Assembly: GCA_965197285.1 (NCBI GenBank)
Contig: OZ240092.1
Location: forward strand, 3,947,337 to 4,011,336
From: Acidobacteriota bacterium
GTDB lineage: Bacteria > Acidobacteriota > UBA6911 > RPQK01 > CBDAPI01
Length of the DNA: 64,000 nt
Direction: 5' to 3'
Shown here: positions 36,501 to 45,758 of the stretch, one piece after another
Position numbering within the stretch: position 1 is the first letter of the stretch
Layout of the letters: every line of letters starts with the position of its first letter
The notes under the pieces: generated by a model
Database searches by the model: none
What the model saw: the letters and a program-made list of their open reading frames with translations, nothing else
Told to the model about the DNA's origin: nothing
Translations under genes and position numbers: made by a program

Positions 36501-38080
36501 AAGGGTTTACAAAAACAAAGACCCTAAACAGGAGCTACGGCAATGTCAAAAACAGTCTGCCAGAATACCCTGCCATTTCACAGCCACAGAAAGATCACGA
36601 CGCGTTTTGATGGAGGGAGCCTCACTTCCGACGCAGGATGGTTGTTGTTTGGATCCCTGGATCGTCAACATCGATTGTGCGAGGGCTTCAGTTCGTGTAT
36701 TGCGGAAAGTCGAGACCGACGCTACGTTCGTCATGACCTGTTGAAGTTGATCCGACAACGAGTCTTGCAGATCGTGGCCGGCTACGAAGACTGTAACGAC
36801 GCCGATACGCTGCGCTCGGATCCGATGCTCAAGACAGTCTGTGATCAGTTGCCAGAGAGCGATCCCGATTTGGCCACCCAGCCGACTTTCTCCCGCCTGG
36901 AGAACTCCGTCACCAAGAAGGATCTGATGCGTCTGAGCCGGTGGCTGCCAGGCCGTTATGTGCGCTCCCTGAAGAAGAGACGTCCCAGCAAGATCATCCT
37001 GGATCTGGACAGTACCGACGACCACACTCACGGCCAACAGGAGTTCTCCTTCTACCACGGGTATTACCGAAACCACATTCTGCATCCTTTGCTGATCTTC
37101 GATGCCGACACGGGAGACCTGGTCTGTGCCGTGTTGAGACCTGGCAACAAGGGGGCTGCCTCTCACATCGTGCCCATTCTGAAGCGAGTCGTGGAGGCCA
37201 TCCGACAAGCAGTGGGGACGGATGTCGAGATTGAGATTCGGGCCGACAGCGGCTTTGCCACGCCTCGGCTCTACGAGTTCTGTGAATGTGAAGAGAATAA
37301 ACTCCAGTATGTCATTGGGTTAAGTCGAAACCCTCGCCTGCAGCGAGTGGTCGAGCCCCTGCTGGATTCGACTCGGCTGAGGTTCCTTGAGCTGGAGGAA
37401 AAACAGCGTCAGTTTGACGAGTTTCTTTATCGAGCCCACAGCTGGGATCGATCCCGTCGCGTCATTGTCAAAGTGGAGGTCGATCAGCGTGGCATCAATC
37501 GTCGCTTTGTAGTTACCAACCGGGACGATCTCTGCTCCCAATCACTTTATGACCACTACACAAACCGAGGGCAGACCGAGAACTTCATCAAGGCCTTCAA
37601 GAATCATCTGAGCATGGACCGACTCAGCTGTCATCGATTCCTGGCCAATCAGTTTCGACTCCTCCTGCATGCACTGGCTTACCAGATGTCCGTGCGCCTG
37701 CGCGACTATCTTCACGGAACCCCCTGGCACAAGCTCGAAATCGAAACCTTACGTCGTCGGGTCCTCAAGATCGGGGCCCGGATCCGACAAACCACTCGAC
37801 GCATCTGGGTCCATCTTTCCTCAGCCTTCCCCGAACAACCCCTCTTCCACCTCGTCTTGAGTCGCCTGAACTCCAGTTAGCTTTTCCCAGCTCCCCCGAA
37901 AAACCGCTTCCGACACTCATCCAGGCCCAGATCTGTCTGAAATTCACTCCCCAAACCACTCAAACGCCTCGCCAACCCATATTCTTCGCAAATCCGCCTG
38001 TCACACCTGCCCGCTTCCGAGTTGGGCCACTTCTCAAGTCGTTTTTCAACACCGAACTACGGTTCTTGCATAATCCGGGC
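36460..38080 (+). mobile_element. IS1380-family insertion sequence, copy a (about 1.6 kb; ends approximate)
   Basis: transposase 36543-37880; candidate IRs GCCCAGGAAAAAGGCCGTAGCTC / rc GCCCGGATTATGCAAGAACCGTAGTTC. Confidence 0.6.
36543..37880 (+). CDS. IS1380-family DDE transposase
   Basis: FDGGSLTSDAGWLLF, LDLDSTDDHTHGQQE, YHGYY, ADSGF, YTNRGQTENFIKAFKN signatures. Confidence 0.9.
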   Translation: MSKTVCQNTLPFHSHRKITTRFDGGSLTSDAGWLLFGSLDRQHRLCEGFSSCIAESRDRRYVRHDLLKLIRQRVLQIVAGYEDCNDADTLRSDPMLKTVCDQLPESDPDLATQPTFSRLENSVTKKDLMRLSRWLPGRYVRSLKKRRPSKIILDLDSTDDHTHGQQEFSFYHGYYRNHILHPLLIFDADTGDLVCAVLRPGNKGAASHIVPILKRVVEAIRQAVGTDVEIEIRADSGFATPRLYEFCECEENKLQYVIGLSRNPRLQRVVEPLLDSTRLRFLELEEKQRQFDEFLYRAHSWDRSRRVIVKVEVDQRGINRRFVVTNRDDLCSQSLYDHYTNRGQTENFIKAFKNHLSMDRLSCHRFLANQFRLLLHALAYQMSVRLRDYLHGTPWHKLEIETLRRRVLKIGARIRQTTRRIWVHLSSAFPEQPLFHLVLSRLNSS

Positions 38081-38082
38081 TA

Positions 38083-38523
38083 GTGGCTGACCGCACCGAG
38101 TTCTGGTGGAACGAGCGCAAGCCCGACGAGCCGATGCTGTGGGAAAGCAAGATCGAACTCGGCGAGAAGTTTTTTAACGAGATTATCCGCCACCCAGTGC
38201 CGCTGGACATGAATACCCTCAACGCGCTCAAACGCTGCTCCCTGGGTCTGGATCTCTACCTCTGGCTCGCCTACCGCACCTTCGCTCTCCGCGCTCCGCA
38301 ACGGCTCACCTGGAAGCAGTTGTACCGTCAGTTCGGCCCGCATCCGGCCAAGGCGAACGATCCCGCCACCGTCAAGAACTTCCGCCGCAAAATCCTACGG
38401 GAGTTGAAGAAGATCAAGATCGCGTGGCCGGACCTAAACTACACTACGGCTCCGGGGGTCTTGATTCTCTTGCCCTCGACGCCCATCATCCTTCCGGGGC
38501 AGCAGCTTTCACTCCCGGAGTAG
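38083..38523 (+). pseudogene. C-terminal fragment of a plasmid replication initiator (RepA_C domain); N-terminal half missing
   Basis: VPLDMNTLNALKRCSLGLDLYLWLAYRTF...TWKQLYRQFG...NFRRKILRELKKIKIAWPDL matches the RepA_C family; begins (GTG) right at the IS1380 end, preceded by an in-frame TAG. Confidence 0.6.
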
Positions 38524-38643
38524 CCCTCAAGTCGCGCGCGTCCCGCACCAAGGATCGCCCCAGACGACCCCGCGCAGTCGCGGGTGGCCTCTTCTAGTGC
38601 CCGCGCCGCTGAAAGTTCGCGCCAGCCCTCCTGCGGCAATTTT

Positions 38644-38830
38644 TTCGAGAGGTTTATCCACAGGGCCACGTAATCCGGCTAGTTTTCCACGCCTAAAGTG
38701 GACCCCTGGAACAATTAACCTTTCGCCTAAAGTGGACCCTCTCAGCCAAAATCCCTTCGCCTAAAGTGGACCCCCATACAAGTAGTAAAGAACAAGTAGT
38801 AGGAGCGACTACTTCTGTGGATAAACAGGA
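38644..38830. promoter_or_regulatory. plasmid oriV-like segment: DnaA boxes flanking three iterons and an A/T-rich direct-repeat patch
   Basis: TTATCCACA at 38654-38662 and its complement TGTGGATAA at 38816-38824; 3x CGCCTAAAGTGGACCC at 38690, 38724, 38758 (34-bp period); CAAGTAGTAAAGAACAAGTAGTAGG. Confidence 0.5.
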
Positions 38831-39757
38831 AGGAAAAACCGGAGAAACCAGAACCACAGAAAAAGAGGGGCCGGGCCTCCTAAAGCCGTAGAAACATTTT
38901 ATTAGTTGAGTTGCGACCGATCCTGCATATCCATTTGCATTCCCAGATCTCGAAGAATCTCCATCTTCGCTTTTACCTCGGAAGGGCCGATCACCCGGAG
39001 TGTGTCAAAGAACTCGCGCAGGCTCTCCGGGCCCAACCCACAAACGTTCAGGGCCTCGCCGACCTGGCCGCAGTTGGGGCAGAGCGTCTGTCCCGTCCCG
39101 ATGTCTTCACCCTCGACGCGCCGCACAGCGTGATCGACTGGGTGGACGACTCGCCCACCCAGTCCACGCGCAAGTGGTGATAACGATCTTGGTTCTTCAT
39201 GGCCTCTACAGATTACCTCAGTTTAGCGTTCCGTTCTGGGACAATTTGCGCAAAGGAACGGTTACGCACCAATTTGACCCGGTAACGATAACCCCGTCGC
39301 TGTGGCGGTCCGGGACAGCTGTTACGGTGGCAGTCCGTCACACCTTCCCCTGCCGCTCAATGGCAGGTGAGCATAGTTTATGTGACTGGACGGCACTGTC
39401 AGAAGAAACGGGCTTGAGTTGGCGAGATGCGCCTTGTAGTGTCTTGGGATGAAGAACCCATTTCGCTATTTCAGGACTTCGCCCGAGATCATTCGCCTTG
39501 CCGTGATGATGTAGGTGCGCTTCCCACTGTCGCTACGCAATGATGTGCCGGTTTCCGTCCATCGGCGTTTCAAGACAGCGTGTAGCGCAACCAGCCGCCA
39601 GATGGTCGCTGAGTTACGACACGTGATCGAAGCCCGTATATTGGAGCTTGAAAGTGAGATCGGAAGCGTTGGGCAGGATGACCTCTGCTAATGCGCATGT
39701 TACCTTTTGCCAGCACTTTCTTGTTGAAATTGGCTTCTAGATGACGCCTGATAACAA

Positions 39758-42700
39758 TTGTCGCGGGTTGATGGGAGGCTTGATGATGGACTTTGCTGGA
39801 ACCGAAGGGACTCAGGGACTCGGCGAATGCAGCACTTCTGTGTTGGCCGGCCGGGTTGGGCGACGGTGCGGCCCGGCGCGGCCCATCCGGCTGGCGACTC
39901 GGGTGGCCGAAGCCGGCGCGGGCCGGTTGCGCCGCTTGTTGCCCTTGCCGGGGCGGCAGCGGCGGCCCCCGCCCTCGCCCAGACCCCCTCGCACTGCAAC
40001 CCGTCGGACCGCAACGAACTCTGGTGCGCGACCCTGACGGTGGAGCTAGACCACCGGTTCGCGGATACTTGGGCGGATATTATCGGGTTTGTCGCCCCCG
40101 ATTCCGGCACGAGTTCTCCTCCTTACGGGAGCGTCGCGCCCGGGCGCACCTTCACTTGGCGCGGGAACTCGTTCAGAGTGGACGTTCTCCGTGTCCGGGG
40201 GATGGGGCAGTTGATATTCAGGTTCGGCCCGGACCGTCTCGGGTCCGGCGTTTTCGCGCTGGAGGTCGGGACGGGAGCGAGCAAGCGAAGCTTCCCAATT
40301 CTCCTTAACGGTTCAAGGTTCCAACAATGGTCCGACACGGGCCTGGCCGGGGCCTGGTCGGCGGGCGACAGCGTCCCGGTCAAGCTCGTCCGCATCGCCA
40401 CCGTGCCGGGCAGGCCGGCCTCCCTGCACGCGGTCCCGAACGGGCAGACGCAGATCGACCTCACCTGGGGCGCCCCCGAGGATGGCGGCGCGGATATCAC
40501 GGGCTACAGGATCGAGGTGTCCACCGACGGAGGCCTCACGTTCAGGGAGCTCGTGGCCACCACGTCCAGCCGGAGCACGACCTACAGCCACACCGGTCTC
40601 ACGCCCGGCAGGACCTATCACTACAAGGTCAAGGCGATCAACTCCGTCGGCACGGGCCCCAGATCGTTGATTCCCAGCGCCACCGCCGGCGCCCCCCCGC
40701 ACAACGTCAACGCGACTGCGCAGTGCGACGCGACCGACAGCAACGAACTGTGGTGCGCCACCCCCTGACGGTGGGCAAACATTCTGCCTTCTTTGGGCTT
40801 GGCAACGTTGCCGGCAGAGTACTTGGCAGTGCCCAACCCGCGTCCTTCACCCTGGACTCGCAGGAAATCCATGTCAGGAAACTGATGTACATTGCCGGAT
40901 CGCGGGCCCTCGATTTCGAAATCTCTCACGGTCTGGGCTCCGGCCACTTCTCGCTGGAGATCGGCACGGGTCGGATCAAGAAGTCCTTCCCCATCGTGAA
41001 CCGGGGAACCCGAACGGTGTTCCGCTTTTCCTTGCAAGGCCTCAACTGGCAGCTCGTCGATACGGCCCCCGTCACGCTCAAGCGCGCCGGCCGCCCGGGC
41101 AGGCCGACCTCGCTGCGCGCGACCGCGAACGGGCCGAGCCAGGTCGACCTCACGTGGAACGCCCCGGAGGATGACGGCGCCGGCCGGATTACGGGCTACA
41201 AGATCGAGTGGGAGGAGCAGGAAGTTTATTTTGCGAAAACCCTCGTGGAAGACACGGGCAACGCGAAGACGACCTATGGCCACACCAGCCAAGGCCCCAT
41301 CCCTCTCAAAGGGGGCGAACTTTACTTTTACCGGGTCTCGGCGATCAACTCCGCCGGAACGGGTCCCGCAACCGAATGGGTGGAGATTGTCGCCAACACC
41401 GCGAGCCCGGCGCTCGGGCACTGCAACCCGTCCGACCCGGACGAGTTCTGGTGCGCCACCATGACGGTCGACACGTGGAGTAGTACGAACGCCAATTGGT
41501 TCGGTTTCCAGACTTATGGGTCAGACCACGGCGACCTATCCCCCAGGATGTTTGCCTGGCAGGGGACCAGCTACACGGTCAGTCAGTTGATCTTCGAACA
41601 AGCCAAACAGGACCTAGATTTCATAGAGATACGGTTCCGTATAAATCCCCTAGGGGCGGCGACGTTTTATGAACAGGACTACGTGCTGCATGTCGGAAAC
41701 CAGCGGTTCCCGTTTCAAGCTGCCAGTGGCTTTCCGGGGGCAGGTCAACGCTATCACGAATGGCTGGATACGGACGTCGACTTCCTGGGGATGTTTTCGA
41801 CGGGCGACCAGGTCATCGTGAAGCTGACGCGCACCAATCACCCGCCAACGTCACGTGACAACCGGGTCTACATCGAGGAGAACACGGGCCATAACTTCTC
41901 GCGTCCGGAGTTTCCATTCTCCGATGAAGACCAGGGCGACCGGCTGGAACGCGTCAGGATCGTGACCGTGCCCGCGGCGAGGAAAGGCACCCTGACCCTC
42001 GACGGCTCTGCGGTGAGCGCCGGCGACACGGTGACGCCCAGTCAACTGGAGGCTGGCCTTCTCAGGTACTCGCCGCCCCCATGGCGGTTTGGCCGGAACC
42101 TCGCGAGATTTGCCTTCAGAGTGAGCGACGGCAAGGACGAGAGCGCGGCAGACTACACGCAGGCGATCAGTGTGACCCGCTCCTCCGGTGGCTACCACGT
42201 CGGGGGTGGCGGCAAGCTTTCGCAGAAATTCACCACGGGCCCCAATCCGGCCGGCTACCGGCTGGAGGACGTCACGGTCGGGATCATACAGGGGCCGCCC
42301 GCCGTGCCGGCGTTCTCGATCTACAGGCCGGTCTCCCGCCTCCAGTCGAAACCGGGGACCGAAAAGGTCCTCGACTTGACCGGCAGCGTGGCCACCACGG
42401 GGGACCAGACCTTCACGCCCGCACCGGGCACGCCCGACAGCGCGCGGATCCTCGAACCCGATACCAGCTATCACGTGGTGTTCGAGGCGGCCTCGAACTC
42501 CCCCGCAAGTGTGCGGCTGCAGCAGAGCACGGCCCCCCCGACCTGAGCAGAGTCCCGGAGGGATGGTCCTTGCAGAACTGGCATTACTATTACGACCGCA
42601 CCCCCCCGAATACCAGCGTCCCGTGGGCCTGGGGCATCAGCACCAGCGGCATCGTCCTGATCGGGATCACCGCCACTCCGGGGGGGGGCGCCGCAGATCG

Positions 42701-43939
42701 CGGTCGATCCGCCGATCGTCGAGGGCGCGCCCCGCCTCAGCGGCGCAGCCGACGGCGGAACCTGGCGGGAGGGCGAGACCGTCGAGGTGGCGCTCACCTT
42801 CAGCGAGGCGGTGGACGTGGACACGACGGACGGCAGGCCGTCGGTCGGCCTCGCGCTCGGGGGACACGCCGCCGCTCCCCGCCGACTATCTGCGGGGCAG
42901 CGGCACGACGGAGTTGGTCTTCGGCTACACGCTGGTCGATGGCGACGGCGACCACAACTCCGTGCTGGTGATGGCGAACAGCCTGACGCTCGATGGCGGG
43001 ACCATCCGCAGCCAGGAGAAGCAGGCGGACGCGCTGCTGGACCACAACGGCGCGGGGACACAGGGCGGCGGCGGCCCTCTCAACGCCGCGCCGACGGCAA
43101 GCTTCCAGGACGTACCGGAGCACCATGACGGGGAGACGGCCTTCACCGTGGGGCTGCGCTTCAGCGGTGAGCCCGCGGGGCTCGATGCCAAGCGGGACGC
43201 GGCCTCGGTGCTCGAGGTGACGGGCGGGACCGTGACGGGTGTGCGGCGGACGGAGACGGGCGCGAGCCCGGTCTGGGAGGTGACGGTCGCGCCCTCGGGC
43301 ATCGGCGACGTGACGGTGCGGCTGCCGGCGCGGGCCTGCGGCGAGGCGCACGCGGCGTGCATCGGCGGGCGGGCGCTGGCCGAGGCCCTGGAGGCGGCGG
43401 TGCCGGGCCTGGCGATGACGGCAGGCTTCACGCAGGCGCCGGATGCGCATGACGGCTCGGGCGCCTTCGAGCTGCACCTTGCGTTCAGCCACGAGCCGAA
43501 GGGCTTCAGCTACCGCACGGTGAGGGATGCGCTGTTCGATATTGAGGGCGGGCGCATCGAGCGCGTGTGGCGCAACCCGCGCGGGCAGAACCGCCAGTGG
43601 GGCATCGAGGTGGTCCCGGCGGGGGATGGCGCGGTCACGCTCACCGCGCGGGCCACAACCAGCTGCGCGGCGCAGCATGCCGCCTGCGACGACGCGGGGA
43701 GGAAGTTCGCGGGAGACCTGGTGCTCACGATCGAAGGTCTCGACGCCGGCGGGGAGCAGACCGAAGATCCGCCCGACCCGATCACCGCGCGCTGGTCACA
43801 GGCGCCCGCCGAGCACGACGGGACCAATGCGTTTAAGATCCGCTTCCATCTGAGCGCGTCACCGGGAAGCCTGAGCTACGTGACGGTCCGGGATTCGCTC
43901 TTCGCCGTGACGGGGGGCAGCATTGACCTTGCCCCCTAA
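39758..43939 (+). pseudogene. giant secreted repeat protein (adhesin-like). It has an N-terminal signal/TAT-like peptide, three ~130-aa Cys-motif modules interleaved with two fibronectin type III domains (third module alone), an Ig-like repeat and three ~105-aa C-terminal tandem repeats. It is interrupted by at least four frameshifts at G/C homopolymers (plus an in-frame TGA at 42544 after a C7 run) and truncated at 43923 by IS3
   Basis: ORFs 39758-40768, 40327-42546, 42787-43128 and 42509-43939 join into one protein if single-base indels are assumed at C5 (about 40753), C7 (about 42535), G9 (42680-42688) and G5 (about 42855); FN3 signature (TWxAPxDDGGxxITGYxI...YxYxVxAxNxxGxG); local GC about 70%. 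Confidence 0.6.
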
Positions 43940-43990
43940 AACGGGTCCAAGTTGAATGTTAGGATTTTCGGTTTTAGGAAGGAGGCAAGG

Positions 43991-44269
43991 ATGGCACGGA
44001 AGCGGTTTACGGCAGAACAAATCATCATGAAGCTGCGTGAGGCAGAGGCAGGTCTAGCCCAAGGACAGACGGTGGGCCAGATGTGCAAACAGATTGGGGT
44101 GACCGAGCAGACCTACTACCGGTGGCGCAAGGAGTACGGAGGGCTTCGACTGAATCAGGCCAAGCGGTTGAAGGTGTTGGAGAAGGAGAATGCCCGGTTG
44201 AAGAAGCTAGTGGCAGATCTGTCTTTGGACAAGCAGATCCTAAAGGAAGTTTCCTCGGGAAACTTCTAG
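43991..44269 (+). CDS. IS3-family transposase OrfA (HTH plus leucine zipper)
   Basis: MARKRFTAEQIIMKLREAE...[21 protein letters not shown]; RBS GGAAGGAGG upstream. Confidence 0.8.
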   Translation: MARKRFTAEQIIMKLREAEAGLAQGQTVGQMCKQIGVTEQTYYRWRKEYGGLRLNQAKRLKVLEKENARLKKLVADLSLDKQILKEVSSGNF

Positions 44270-45162
44270 GCCCGGCGAAGAGGAGACGCGCAGTGGTGTG
44301 GGTGAGGGAGAGATTGGGAGCAGAGCGCGTCTCCGAACGTCGGGCCTGCCAAGTGCTGGGACAGGCTCGATCGACCCAGCGAAGGGAAAGGCATATCCCC
44401 GATGATGAGGCTCGATTGGTGGCTGAGGTGGTGGAGTTGGCCACGCACTACGGGCGATACGGCTACCGACGGATCACGGCCATGCTTCGTTGGGAAGGGT
44501 GGAAAGTGAATCACAAGCGGGTGGAGAGGTTGTGGAGACAGGAGGGGCTGAAAGTCCCGTCCAGACAGCCGAAACGAAGGAGACTGTGGCTTCATGATGG
44601 ATCCTGCGTTCGGTTACGAGCGGCTCACAAGGATCACGTCTGGAGCTATGACTTCGTGCATGAGCGAACCCATGACGGAAGGGCCTTTCGATTATTAACC
44701 CTACTGGATGAATACACCCGGGAGTGTCTGGCCATTGAGGTTCAACGACAGATGAATCACCAGGACGTGTTGGATCGATTGGCGGAGTTGTTCGTGGATC
44801 GGGGAGTGCCTGAATACATTCGGTCCGATAACGGGTCGGAGTTTACGGCTCAGGCGGTTCGGGACTGGCTGAAGGCTGTTGGGGTGAGGACCTTACACAT
44901 CGAGCCCGGCAGCCCCTGGGAGAATGGATATGTGGAGAGCTTCAACGGAAAACTGCGGGATGAACTGCTGAACGTAGAAGTCTTCGACACGTTGTGGGAA
45001 GCGAAGGTGTTGGCCGAGAGATGGCGCAGGGAGTACAACCAGCGACGGCCTCACAGCGCCTTGGCCTATCGGCCGCCGGCGCCGGAGGCCAGATTACCCA
45101 GGTCCCAGGCCCAGAGTTCTATACCATGGAGTGGACTTCAAATGGTCCCAGGTCTAACTTAG
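44083..45162 (+). CDS. IS3-family transposase OrfB (integrase/DDE core), presumably expressed as OrfAB by -1 frameshifting around 44240-44270
   Basis: DDE core with [12 protein letters not shown] and [16 protein letters not shown] motifs. Confidence 0.8.
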   Translation: MQTDWGDRADLLPVAQGVRRASTESGQAVEGVGEGECPVEEASGRSVFGQADPKGSFLGKLLGPAKRRRAVVWVRERLGAERVSERRACQVLGQARSTQRRERHIPDDEARLVAEVVELATHYGRYGYRRITAMLRWEGWKVNHKRVERLWRQEGLKVPSRQPKRRRLWLHDGSCVRLRAAHKDHVWSYDFVHERTHDGRAFRLLTLLDEYTRECLAIEVQRQMNHQDVLDRLAELFVDRGVPEYIRSDNGSEFTAQAVRDWLKAVGVRTLHIEPGSPWENGYVESFNGKLRDELLNVEVFDTLWEAKVLAERWRREYNQRRPHSALAYRPPAPEARLPRSQAQSSIPWSGLQMVPGLT

Positions 45163-45191
45163 AGAGTGGACTCGTTCCTGGGGGCAGGTCA

Positions 45192-45611
45192 ATGGTGACA
45201 TCGACGGGTCTTCTGAGAGGCTCCACCCGATTCCAGTTGATCGGCGAGGAAACAGGGACTTTGGTGGAGGATGTGGGGATTCCCAACGCCAGAACCGGAA
45301 GCAGGTTCCTGACCGCTTACCGCAAGAAGGATGAATTGGCTTTTGCGATCGCCAACCCGACCGAAGACCAGATTGAAGTCAAGGTTCTGGTCTACGACAG
45401 CGAGGATCCGGGCCAGCCGGCGGGGGGATTTCTGATCTTCGTCCCGGGTCGCGGCCAGGTGGCCAGGTTCTTGAGTCAGTTCGTACAGACCGATTTCGAA
45501 GAAGGACACCTGATTGTCGAGAGCGACGGCGGGGAGGAGTTTGCCCTGTCAGGTCTGATTACCTTGGACGGACTTTTCGTTTCGGCGCAGTCGATTTCAC
45601 TGCTTCAGTAA
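45192..45611 (+). CDS. hypothetical protein, possibly 5'-truncated (ATG abuts the IS3 right end)
   Basis: 139-aa ORF immediately after IS3; no motif recognised; GC lower than the adhesin region. Confidence 0.35.
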   Translation: MVTSTGLLRGSTRFQLIGEETGTLVEDVGIPNARTGSRFLTAYRKKDELAFAIANPTEDQIEVKVLVYDSEDPGQPAGGFLIFVPGRGQVARFLSQFVQTDFEEGHLIVESDGGEEFALSGLITLDGLFVSAQSISLLQ

Positions 45612-45758
45612 CGTCGAAAGCGGCTACCGGTCCTGGAAGCACTCGAAGACGCAACTCTGTAACCCGGTTTGCATCCATACCGGCGTGATAAGATCTTTTC
45701 CTGTCCAACCCGGGTCGCTGGAAGGCGAGTGTGGCCCCCGGCACCCTGGAGCGCTGGC

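Larger units (their letters stand above)
43924..45191 (+). mobile_element. IS3-family insertion sequence, copy 1 (1268 bp; TGACC...GGTCA ends; no matching 3-bp TSD)
   Basis: second near-identical copy at 50683-53690; flanks here are CAT / ATG, not a direct repeat. Confidence 0.8.

Noticed and set aside
38902-39180. Overlapping small ORFs 38902-39126 (-) and 38911-39180 (+) beside the oriV-like region
   Set aside because: Neither has a recognisable motif and they overlap each other on opposite strands. A small plasmid-maintenance gene is possible, but I cannot support either.
42509-42770. Arg-rich N-terminal part of ORF 42509-43939 (MCGCSRARPPRPEQ…RRRSRSIRRSS…)
   Set aside because: It is out-of-frame read-through. 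The protein-like frame here is frame 0 (…GWSLQNWHYYYDRTPPNTSVPWAWGISTSGIVLIGITATPGG…) until the G9 tract.
44994-45191. First 66 codons of ORF 44994-45611
   Set aside because: They lie inside IS3 orfB in another frame. Only the portion after the IS end (from ATG 45192) is considered a candidate gene.
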